From the NCBI GenBank assembly GCA_038087875.1, contig CM075987.1:16494001-16558000 (forward strand): DNA of 64,000 nt, written 5' to 3'. Source of the DNA: Malacoraja senta. Lineage: Eukaryota. The translations under genes and the position numbers were made by a program. The notes beneath the pieces are model-generated. The model saw only the letters and a program-made list of their open reading frames with translations, was not told the origin of the DNA and did no database searches. This document shows, one piece after another, positions 38,319 to 49,946 of this stretch (positions are counted from its first letter, which is position 1; the number at the start of each line of letters is the position of its first letter).

Positions 38319-39935
38319 TAATGCATTCAGAAAGTATTCAGACCCCTTCACTTTTTCCACATTTTGTTACGTTACAGCCTTATTTTAAAATGGATTAAAA
38401 TCTTTTTTTTTTTATCATCAATCTACAAACAATACCCCAGAATTAAGAAGCGAATGCAGGTGTTTAGAAATGTTTGCAAAGTAATTAAAAATAAATAACT
38501 GAAATGTCACATTTACATATGTATTCAGACTCTCTTCTATGACACTCAAAATTGAGCTTAGGTTCATCTTGTTTCCATTGATTATCCTTGAGATGTTTCT
38601 ACAACTTGATTGGAGTCCACCAGTGGTTAATTAAATTGATTGTACATGATGTGGAAAGGCGCACACCTGTCTATATAAGGTCCCACAGTTGACAGTGCAT
38701 GTCAGAGCAAAAACCAAGCCATGAAGATGAAGGAATTGTCCGTAGACCTCCGAGACAGGATTGTGTCGAGACACAGATCTGGGGAAGGGTATAAAACAAT
38801 TTCTGCAGCATTGCAGGTCCCAAAGAGCACAGTGGCCTCCGTCATTCTTAAATGGAAGAACTTTGGAACCACCAGGACTCTTCATAGAGCTGGCTGCCCG
38901 GCCAAACTGAGCAATCGGGGGAGAAGGGCCTTGGTCAGGGAGGTGACCAAGAACCCGATGGTCACTCTGACAGAGCTCCAGAGTTCCTGTGTGGAGATGG
39001 GAGAACCTTCCAGAAGGACAACTATATCTGCAGCACTCCACCAATCAGGCCTTTATGGTAGAGTGACCAGACGGAAGCCATTCCTCTGTAAAAGGCACAT
39101 GACAGCCCGCTTGAAGTTTGCCAAAAGGCATGAGAACCAAGATTCTCTGGTCCGATGAAACCAAGATTGAACTCTTTGGCCTGATTGCCAAGCGTCACAT
39201 CCGGAGGAAACCAGGCACCGCACTTCACCTGGACAATACCATACCTACGGTGAAGCATGGTGGTGGCAGCATCATGCTGTGGGGATGTTTTTCAGCGGCA
39301 GGAACTGGGAGACTAGTCAGGATTGAGGGAAAGATGAACGGTGCAAAATACAGAGAGATCCTTGATGAAAACCTGCCCCAGAGCGTTCTGGACCTCAGAC
39401 TGGGGCAGAGGTTCACCTTCCAACAGAACAACGACCCTAAGCACACAGCCTAGACAACGCAAGAGTGGCTTTGTGACAAGTCTGTGAATGTCCTTGAGTG
39501 GCCCAGCCAGAGCCCGGACTTGAACCCGATCAAACATCTCTGGTGGACCTGAAAATAGCTGAGCATCGATGCTCCCCATCCAACCTGACAGAGCTTGAGA
39601 GGATATGCAGAGAAGAATAGGAGAAATTACTTAAATACAGGTGTGCCAAGCTTGTAGCGTCATACCCAAGAAGACTTGAGGCTGTAATCGCTGCCAAAGG
39701 GGCCTCAACAAAGTACTGAGTAAAGGGTTTGAATACTTATGTAAATGTGATATTTCAGTTATTTCTTTTTAATTACTTTGCAAAAATCTCTAAACACCTG
39801 GTTTTGCTTTTTTATTATGGGGTATTATGTGTAGATTGATGATAAAAAAATGAATTTAATCCATTTTAGAATAAGGCTGTAACGTAACAAAATGTGGAAA
39901 AAGTGAAGGGGTCTGAATACTTTCTGAATGTACTG
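38319..39935 (+). mobile_element. Tc1-family DNA transposon (second family), decayed transposase 38721-39719
   Basis: TIRs of ~200 bp or more ending ...[40 protein letters not shown] motifs. Frameshift near 39127 and TAG at 39451. Confidence 0.93.
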
Positions 39936-40605
39936 TAGTTATCCTATCAATAGAGTTAAGCTGAATGTAGATGCACTGTAATTATCCTATCAATAGAATT
40001 AAGCTGAACGTAGAATGTTGCCTGCCATTTCACTGTTGTAATATCATAAATAAAGCTGTTAACATCAAATGGAGAGGTTTGCTCATTCCAGTTTGCTTTT
40101 TATTCAACACCCATCAGTAAAGGCACACATTCCTTTCTGATTTCTCCCTTCTTGTTTGTTCTTTCATTTCTGTTCTCAAACTGAAGTGCATTTTCTTACT
40201 TTTCTAAATAAATTAACATTAATTCCAATTTCCTAAAATTTTGTGTCACCAAATTGAAAAATATCCTCACACATTTATTAGCATTGTTTTATCACAGAAG
40301 AATGATGTTCAGTTTCTCTCATATGGCCATGAACTCCCGTTTTATTCTTTGCCACTTATCTATGTTATGGATAATTTGTGGGAGCCAATTAACCTAATAG
40401 TATGTACAGTGTAGACACAAAATGCTGGACTATGGTGCATGTCAGTCATCGGGTTCAAGTCCGGGCTCTGGCTGGGCCACTCAAGGACATTCACAGACTT
40501 CTCACAAAGCCACTCCTGCGTTGTCTAGGCTGTGTGCTATGGGTCGTTGTCCTGTTGAAAGGTGAACCTCTGCCCCAGTCTGAGGCCCAGAAAATGCTGA
40601 CACAC

Positions 40606-41089
40606 ACACTGTACACACTACTCAGGCAGACTGCGGTGGCTGGGCCATGTCCACCACATGGAGGATGGCTGTATTCCAAAAGACATGCTCTATGGAGAGC
40701 TGACATCTGGGAGGAGAACCATCGGCCGCCCCCACCTACAATACAAGGATGTCTGCAAGAGACATATGAATGCGCTCGACATCGAGGTGGAGTCCTGGGA
40801 GAGCCTTGCAGCTGACCACGCGAGGTGGAGAGGTACCCTGAACCGACATCTCAAAACGGGGGAAGAGAAACTGTTGAACGCAGTGGCAGACAAGTGGGCA
40901 CGCAGAAAGGAGCGCAGCAACTTCAACAAACCAGAGACCACACATAAATGTGACCATTGCGACAGAGACTGTCACTCCCACATTGGTCTCTTCAGGCACA
41001 AGCGACGCTGCTCTAGCCGAGGTTTGGAGCAAGCAACCAACAACTAGGATGCATCACCCATGGACAGTCATGACCGAGGGGGGCCTACG
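40606..41089 (+). mobile_element. RTE-clade LINE 3' fragment
   Basis: WLGHVHHMEDGCIPKDMLYGEL...GRP and C-terminal CDHCDRDCHSHIGLFRH zinc knuckle. Enclosed by a 31-bp direct repeat (40402-40432 / 41090-41120). Confidence 0.88.
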
Positions 41090-42489
41090 ATGTACAGTGT
41101 AGACACAAAATGCTGGACTAACTCAGCGGGACAGACAGCATCTCTGGAGAGAAGGAATGGGTGACGTTTTGGGTTGAGAGCCTTCCTAACCTAATAGTAT
41201 ATCTGAATGTGGGAGGAAACTGGAATGTGGAAATTCCACATAGGCAGAACCCAAGATCAAGTTCTAACCAAATCATGTGTGGCTCCACCGTGCTGTAAAT
41301 TTGCAATTTTATAGCACACTGATTTTTTTTCAAACTGAACTTGTTTGATTGTCCATGTTTTTACCTTTAGATTATACATTGTGAAACCCCTCAGCTATTT
41401 CTAGCCAAATTAAATGGAATTGGGCTAATTCCAACCAAATTACGAAGGCTGGAATTCCGAGGTGCATTACAAGAGGCAATATCTTTTAGATTGATATTGC
41501 GGAAAATCTTGTCGCAATCTTCCATTCCTCTGTGGGAGTATACTTGATCTTTGTAAATTTACACTTCTGGGAACTAAAAAAAATCTTAAGTTAATAAAAC
41601 AATATTTGAAGGAATTTAAACTAAAACACACTATCTTTGTACATGAACAAAAGACAAAGTGCTGGAGGAAATCGGCAGGTCAGACAGCATCAGTGAAGGG
41701 AAATGTACAGGCAACGTGTCGGGTAGGGACCCTTTTTCAGACTGATGTGCCTGACTCTTGCATCTCCCTCTGTACATGGGTAGCATAATTTCCAACATTT
41801 ATTCCAATCCAAATTGAATATATGCATCGAAGCCTCCATTCATGCACAGTGAAGTCAAATCCACATTTTGGTTGGCTTAAAAGAAAATTGGACAAATGCT
41901 AAAGAAGAAACTCTTGCTGGCTTATGGGTAATAGCAGCTGAGTGAGACGAACTGGAAAGCTTGTTGGAAGTTCTGTCAATGCCACAATGTGGTGGATGGT
42001 CTCCTATGCTGTATCATTTTGCTGTCCTTTGAAATTAGATCCATGTTTCTCCCCCCCCCCCATTCATCTCCAGAAAACTTGGAGATAAGTGGTTGTCACT
42101 AATTACATCAGTCACAAATCATTGCCAATTCAAAAACAAGAGATGTTATTAGTCATCAGTCGCCCGTCCATTCCCTTCACAGATGCTACCTGACCTGCTG
42201 AATTCCTCCAGGACTTTTACTTTAGCTATTATTAGTTGCCTGTTCGTTTCTTCTGTTCTTCCTCTGAACCATTGGGAGGTTTGATCACAGGTGCTTTGAG
42301 TTCAACATGTTTAAAAGCACATGTTAATAGTGGCATACCCTAAAATTAGAACAGGTTTGCAAACCAATGACATCACTTATTCACACAAAGAGTTGCAGAC
42401 ATTTTGAGTTTCCTCTTCCAAAAAACTGTAGAGGGCACAGTCAATTGAAAATCTTAAAACTACTATTGGTGGGTTTATGTTAGATAACT

Positions 42490-43200
42490 GCTGTCTCAAT
42501 AAGGAGTGCTGAAGGACCTGCCATTAACAGAACCATCCATGCGAAAGTTAATGATGTACCCAGCCTGGCAAAGCTATGACTACTTGTTCAGGACTACGTG
42601 CTTCACAATTAGCAGAAGTATGTGATATATAGAACAAAACGATAATATAGCCATGATATCAGATAGAGGCTCTGCAGTTCCAGCACATCGTATCTAGATA
42701 ATAATAGTAGCTGATAATAGAGCATTGCTATCTTAGTGATGGCAAGGCCCACATGTGAGTTTTAAAGAAAAGGTTGAAGCATTTGCAACCAAGATCAACC
42801 AGAACTGTCAAATAGACAATCCATTTTGACTTCCTTGTCCACCATCACAGAAGCCAGCCTTATTAACTGTGCCTATAGCCAAGCATCTAGCATTGTAGAA
42901 AATTGCTCGGGTATATCCTATTCGCATGGAGCGGGACAGTTACCTCTCACATAGTCAAATTCTAATCTTCAGCAAAGTGATGGAATTTGTCAAATGAAAC
43001 ATCACTCAGTCACATATAAACTAGTTTGGGATGCACGAGTCCCACTTGGCTTCAGACCTCATCATAGCAATGGTTCAATCAAAGAGATCAAGCCAATGTT
43101 TTCTTCATCAAGATGTCCTGATGAAGTCAATGGGCACCCTCTCCAAAGCAATTTTCTCCTACTTATTGTGTGGCCATCAGAACTACACACACCAGAGAGT
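42490..43200 (+). mobile_element. Old decayed L2/CR1-type LINE fragment
   Basis: Remnant peptides KVEAFAT, KIARVYP, IFSKVME, SDLIIAMVQ with many stops. Confidence 0.5.
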
Positions 43201-43569
43201 GGTTTTCTTTTGAACAGTGTGGGGAGATTTAAAGGAGGGATATAAAATTACGAGCAGTCTGACAGGGTGCATAGAAAAGACTTATTTATCTTGGTAGAGA
43301 TTAGTATCCAGGGGAATAAATTTAAAATAATTAGTAGATTAGAGGGAAATTAAGAAAGATCATCTTCATTTAGAGTATAATTATTTGGTGTTCACTACCT
43401 GAAAGGCTCGTGGAAGAAGAAATCCTCATCACTTTGATTGATTCATTCGTAACTGTCACTGTATGTCATGTTGTTACTTGTGGGCGGAGCACCAAGGCAA
43501 ATTCCTTGTATGTGAATACTTGCTTGCTTACTTACTTACTTACCTGGGTAAGGAGTTGAACCACCATAA

Positions 43570-43907
43570 AGGGCCTGTCCCACAGGCGATTTTTCGGCGA
43601 CTGCCGGCACCCGTCATTAGTCGCAGCAGATGGCCGAAAATTTTCAACAATGTTGAAAATCCAGCGGCGACCAGAAAAAGGTACGACTCTTTGGGCCACT
43701 ACTCATGACCATACACGACACTTTGGGCCACTACTCACGACATGTCGTGGGGTGAAGCCTGTTTGGTCGTGAGTAGTGGCCCAAAGAGTCATACCTTTTT
43801 CTGGTTGCCGCTGGATTTTCAGCATTTTGAAATTTTTCGGCGACCTGCTGCAACTATGACAGGTGCCGGCAAGTCGCCGAAAAAATCGGGTAAGTGGGAC
43901 AGGCCCT
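43570..43907. mobile_element. PIF/Harbinger-type MITE with long TIRs
   Basis: TAA|AGGGCCTGTCCCAC...GTGGGACAGGCCCT|TAA. Arms of ~140 bp are inverted copies; no ORF. Confidence 0.85.
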
Positions 43908-44195
43908 TAAGCAACAAGGGTTTGGCTGTGGGTATGGCCTGAGTAACTTATTTTGTTGCCCAACATGAAGAAAATGTGCTGCATTGCCACCTTCTGTACC
44001 CTGTTTCTGTGACTTGGTCAATGATTGAATTAGAAAAGTTCATTCTCAAACTAAAGAATTTAAGCACTTACATTCTCATATATTTTATAACCTCGGAATG
44101 CCTGGGAAAATTTTAAGTCTTGTAAATACATTTTAAAAGATAGTCACTGTTGTAATATAGAAATTAGCAGGTGAAAGTATCAAGGAATAAACTGC

Positions 44196-46850
44196 ATATT
44201 TGGGTGGAACTGAGAAATGGGAAAGGTGTAGCAACACTTATAGGTGTGTATTATAGACCGCCAAATGGGGAGCGAGAATTGGAAGAGCAAATATGTAAGG
44301 AGATAGCGATATTAGTAGTAAGCACAAGGTAGTGATTGTGGGAGATTTCAATTTTCCACACATAGACTGGGAAACACATTCTGTAAAAGGGCTGGATGGT
44401 TTGGAGTTTGTAAAATGTGTGCAGGATAGTTTTTTGCAGCAATACATAGAGGTACCTACTAGAGAAGGGGCAGTGCTGGACCTCCTGTTAGGAAATGAGA
44501 CAGGGCAGGTGGCGGAGGTATGCGTCGGGGAGCACTTCGGGTCCAGTGATCACAATACCATTAGTTTCAATATAATTATGGAGAGGGTCAGAACTGGACC
44601 TAGGATTGAGATTTTTGATTGGAGAAAGGCTAACTTTGAGGAGATGCGAAAGGATTTAAAAGGAGTGAATTGGGACATGTTGTTTTATGGGAAGGATGTA
44701 GAAGAGAAATGGAGGACATTTAAGGGTGAAATTTTAAGAGTACAGAATCTTTATGTCCCTGTTCGGTTGAAAGGAAATAGTAAAAATTGGATAGAGCCAT
44801 GGTTTTCAAGGGAAATTGGACACTTGGTTCGGAAAAAGAGAGAGTTCTACAATAATTATAGGCAGCATGGAGTAAATGAGGTGCTTGAGGAGTATAAAGA
44901 ATGTAAAAAGAATATTAAGAAAGAAATTAGAAAAGCTAAAAGAAGATATGAGGTTGCTTTGGCAAGTAAGGTGAAAGTAAATCCAAAGGGTTTCTACAGC
45001 TATATTAATAGCAAAAGGATAACAAGGAATAAAATTGGTCCATTAGAGAGTCAGAGTGGACAGCTATCTGCAGAGCCAAAAGAGATGGGGGAGATATTGA
45101 ACAATTTCTTTTCTTCGGTATTCAACAAGGAGAAGGATATGGAATTATGTGAGGTAAGGGAAACAAGCAGAGTAGCAATGGAAACTATGAGATTCAAAGA
45201 AGAGGAGGTGCGGACACTTTTGAAAAATATGAAAACGGATAAGTCTCCAGGTCCTGACAGGATATTCCCTAGGACATTGAGGGAAGTTAGTGTAGAAATA
45301 GCAGGGGCTATGACAGAAATATTTCAAATGTCATTAGAAACGGGAATAGTGCCGGAGGATTGGCGTACTGCGCATGTTGTTCCGTTGTTTAAAAAGGGTT
45401 CTAAGAGTAAACCTAGCAATTATAGACCTGTTAGTTTGACGTCAGTGGTGGGCAAATTAATGGAAAGGATACTTAAAGATAATATATATAAGCATCTGGA
45501 TAAGCAGGGTTTGATTAGGAACAGTCAACATGGATTTGTGCCTGGAAGGTCATGCTTGACTAATCTTGAATTTTTCGAAGAGGTTACTAGGGAAATTGAT
45601 GAGGGTAAAGCAGTGGATGTTGTCTATATGGACTTCAGTAAGGCCTTTGACAAGGTTTGACATGGAAGGTTGGTTAAGAAGATTCAATTGTTGGGTATTA
45701 ATGGTGGAGTAGCAAGATGGATTCAACAGTGGCTGAATGGGAGATGCCAGAGAGTAATGGTGCATGGCTGTTTGTCAGGTTGGAGGCCGGTGACTAGTGG
45801 GGTGCCTCAGGGGTCTGTGTTGGGTCCACTGTTGTTTGTCATGTATATCAATGATCTGGATGATGGTGTGGAAAATTGGATTAGTAAGTATGCAGATGAT
45901 ACTAAGATAGGTGGTGTTGTGGATAATGAAGTAGATTTTCAAAGTCTACAGAGAGATTTAGGCCATTTGGAAGAGTGGGCTGAAAGATGGCAGATGGAGT
46001 TTAATGCTGACAAATGTGAGGTGCTACATCTCGGCGGGACAAATCAAAATAGGACGTACATGGTAAATGGTAGCGAATTGAGTAATGCAGTTGAACAGAG
46101 GGATCTAGGAATAACTGTGCATAGTTCCCTGAAGGTGGAATCTCATGTAGATAGGGTGGTAAAGAAAGCTTTTGGTGTGCTGGCCTTTATAAATCAGAGC
46201 ATTGAATATAGAAGTTGGGATGTAATGTTAAAATTGTACAAGGCATTGGTGAGGCCAATTCTGGAGTATGGAGTACAATTTTGGTTGCCTAATTATAGGA
46301 AGGATGTCAACAAAATAGAGAGAGTACAGAGCAGATTTACTAGAATGTTGCCTGGGTTTCAGCAACTAAGTTACAGAGAAAGGTTGAACAAGTTAGGTCT
46401 TTATTCTTTGGAGCGCAGAAGGTTAAGAGGGGACTTGATAGAGGTCTTTAAAATTATGAGCGGGTTAGACAGAGTGGACGTGGATAAGCTTTTCCCATTA
46501 AGAGTAGGGAAGATTCAAACAAGGGGACATGACTTGAGAATTAAGGGACAGAAGTTTAGGGGTAACATTAGGGGGAACTTCTTTACTCAGAGAGTGGTAG
46601 CTGTGTGGAATGAGCTTCCAGTGGAAGTGGTGGAGGCAGGTTCGATGTTATCCTTTAAAAATAGATTGGATGGGTATATGGACAGGAAAGGAATGGAGGG
46701 CTATGGTCTGAGTGCAGGTAGATGGGACTAGGGGGAAGTAAAAAAAATTAAAATGATAAATAAATAAATAAAAACAAAGTGTTCGGCACGGACTTGAAGG
46801 GCCGAGATGGCCTGTTTCCGTGCTGTTATGGTTATATGGTTATATGGTTA
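44196..46850 (+). mobile_element. CR1 LINE (second family), long ORF2 fragment with partial endonuclease + RT
   Basis: YRPP, GDFNFP, SDH endonuclease motifs and RT YADD. ORFs 44332-45660 and 45670-46731 are in one frame, separated by a single TGA. (GGTTATAT)n tail. Confidence 0.93.
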
Positions 46851-47191
46851 TTCACTATTTGCTTTGCTGTTGAATCTATTAATTATTCTTGGGAGAAATC
46901 CCATTTGTAATTTTTAAAAAAGCTTTTGAATTTGTTATTCTGTAAAAAAATATTTCATATTAATACTCTAGTTAAATCCAGAAAAGATTTATTGCATCGA
47001 TCCAATTTCAGTTCTGAACTATTTTGAACCAGATAATGCAATGGACGCCATTGAGCTTTGAGCAAACTTAGTACAGCATAGGCTCTTACAGAGAAATTGT
47101 GCTTTGGTAAACAAACAATCTCCTAACAAAATTAGGAATCAAAATGAATTTCCAACAGTCTCTAAGACATTGCTGTACTCTGCAGCGATCT

Positions 47192-47557
47192 TCATCTACA
47201 CAGCACTTTCCTGTAAAAGCTCTGAATCTTCTGCACAGAAATAAAATGCTTCCTGTTTTCAGCTTCTTTTAATCTTTCTTCAGTATATGTGTGATGATAT
47301 AGGCCAAATACAACCCTTCTGTTACATGTGTGCTCTCTTATCAAGTTGTCAATGTTTGCTTTAGTCTTCTCAATAATCTTGCTGAAGCTTGAAGCCCAAA
47401 ACTGCACAGTTATCCGTTCAACATCTTTATCATATATCATGTTACAAGCTGTAGAATATGTGTCAAACAGACATTCAACTAGCTATCTTTTTGATGATAA
47501 TTTTCTTATTAACATTTCCCACCGTTTATTTTTCCTGGCATTTTACAAAGAGTGTAT
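47192..47557 (-). pseudogene. Possible decayed exon of an unidentified IQ-motif protein
   Basis: cacacag| acceptor, then a frame with two early stops and a 96-codon open stretch ending VQKIQSFYRKVLCR*R (IQ-like). No homolog recognised. Confidence 0.3.
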
Positions 47558-48324
47558 CTGTGTGGTGTAGGTAATTGCCTCTTATACCTATGCTAAGAGA
47601 ATAACTTGAATTCGAGAGTCAACAACGTTTTATTGCCATATGTCGCGAAAAGGAATAATGAAATTCTTACTTGCCGCAGCAGAAACAGGTTAGTAGACAC
47701 AGTATTTAATAAATAATATAATAAACAAACAAAAAAAAGTTCAAAAGAACAATATAGTACAAAATCTTGTCAGTTTGTTTTTCTGATTCTGATTTACCTT
47801 TGTGTCGAAAGGAGCTGCAGATGCTGGTTTAAATCGAAGATAAACACAAAATGCTGCTGTAACAGCGGGTCAGGGCAGCATCTCTGGAGAGAAGGAATGG
47901 GTGACGTTTCGGATCGATACCCTTCTTCTGAAGATGCTACTTGTCCAGCTGAGTTACTCCAGCATTTCATGTCTATCTCTCATTTACCTTTGGACTGTTT
48001 TCATGTTAAGGCATCTTAACAAGGAAAGTCTGAGGTTTATAAGCATTTTTAATAGCCGATCACTGTGTTTCATTTCTCACAGTGACTTGAACTTTAACAT
48101 TTCCACAGGGTTTTGAAGATGAATCCAGAATTCGATGGAACCAAGTCACTACTTTCTACCTGACCCGAAACCTCACCTATGATCCACGTTCTCCAGAGAT
48201 GCTGCCTGACCTGCTGAGTTACTCCAGCTGCTGCAAGTAAGAATTGCATTGTTCTATCTGGGACATATGACAATAAAACACTCCTGACTCCTTTTATGCA
48301 AGTGCAGGCTTGGAGAAGGTGCAC

Positions 48325-49791
48325 AAAAATGCTGGAGAAACTCAGCGGGTGCAGCAGCATCTATGGAGCGAAGGAAATAGGCAACGTTTCGGGCCGAAAC
48401 CCTTCTTCAGACTGATATGGGGTGGGGAGAAGAAAGGAAAAAAGGAAAAAAAGGCGGAGGAGGAACCCGAGGGCTGGGGGATGGGAGGAGACAACCAGAG
48501 GGCTGATGAAGGGGAGGGGACAACAAGGGCTAGCAGAGTTGGTAGAATTCAATGTTCATGCCCCCAGGATGTAGACTGCCCAAGCGGAATATGAGGTGCA
48601 TTTCCTCCAATTTCCGGTGTTGCTCGCTGTGGCCATGGAGGAGACCCAGGACAGAGAGGTCAGATACGGAATGGGAGGGGGAGTTGAAGTGCTGAGCCAC
48701 CGGGAGGTCAGGTAGGTTATTGCGGACCGACCGGAGGTGTTCGGCGAAACGATCGCCAAGCCTCCGCTTGGTCTCACCGATGTAGATCAGCTGACATCTA
48801 GAGCAGCGGATGCAATAGATGAGGTTGGAGGAGATGCAGGTGAACCTCTGTCGCACCTGGAACGACTGCTTGGGTCCTTGAATGGAATCGAGGGGGGAGG
48901 TGAAGGGACAAGTGTTGCATCTCTTGCGGTTGCAAGGGAAAGTACCCGGGGAGGGGGTGGTACGGGAGGGAAGGGAAGAATTGACAAGGGAGTTACGGAG
49001 GGAGCGGTCTTTGCGGAAGGCAGACATGGGGGGAGATGGGAAGATGTGGCGAGTGGTGGGGTCACGTTGGAGGTGGCGAAACTGACGGAGGATCACTTAT
49101 TGTATGTGATGGCTGGTGAGGTGAAAGGTGAGGACTAAGGGGACTCTGCCCTTGTTGTGAGTGGGGGGGATGGGAAGAGAGAGCAGTGTTGCGGGGTATG
49201 GCATAGATCCTGGTGCAAGCCTCATCTACAGGGAACCCCCGTTCCCTGAAGAATTAGGACATTTCGGATGCCCTGGTGTGGAACGCCTCATCCTAGATGT
49301 ATACGGTTGTACATGCTAGAATTTAGAAGATTGAGGGGGGATCTTATAGAAACTTACAAAATTCTTAAGGGGTTGGACAGGCTAGATGCAGGATTATTCC
49401 CGATGTTGGGGAAGTCCAGAACTAGGGGTCACAGTTTAAGGATAAGAGGGAAGTCTTTTAGTACCGAGATGAGAAAATCATTTTTTACACAGAGAGTGAT
49501 GAATCTGTGGAATTCTCTGCCACAGAAGGTAGTTGAGGCCAGTTCATTGGCTATATTTAAGAGGGAGTTAGATGTGGCCCTTGTGGCTAAAGGGATCAGG
49601 GGGTATGGAGAGAAGGCAGGGATGGGATACTGAGTTGGATGATCAGCCATGATCATATCGAATGGCGGTGCAGGCTCGAAGGCTCGAAGGGCCGAATGGC
49701 CTACTCCTGCACCTATTTTCTATGTTTCTATGTTTCTATCCTGGGAGCAGATGCGGCGTAGACGGAGTAATTGGGATTGGGGGACGGAGTC
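48325..49791 (-). mobile_element. PLE 3' fragment of the same family as 17537-20512, interrupted by a CR1
   Basis: Near-identical GIY-YIG region (ORF 48530-49096) and hammerhead core at 48381-48410. Continues after 49738. Confidence 0.92.
49295..49737 (+). mobile_element. CR1 3' fragment nested in the PLE
   Basis: GDLIETYKILKG... plus (TATGTTTC)n tail; ATCCT repeated at 49290-49294 and 49738-49742. Confidence 0.9.
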
Positions 49792-49946
49792 CCATTGGGG
49801 AACTCCAATTCCCGAAAGCCCCAGTGGTGTGTGCGCAGTGAGGTAAAGCACGCCTCTCTACTCGTCACCGTGCTCGTCAATCAAAGGCAAACGACCAGGG
49901 GAAACAGGGTCAAATGACCCATGCAGGTCGCTTGGTGCTAGTAAGT
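49792..49946 (+). promoter_or_regulatory. Putative SLC27A4 promoter / non-coding first exon
   Basis: ZNF143/SBS-like AACTCCAATTCCCGAAAGCCC at 49801-49821, CpG-rich. Candidate donors GAG|GTAAAG (49843) and CTA|GTAAGT (~49941). The coding exon has an acceptor, so an upstream exon is implied. Confidence 0.5.
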
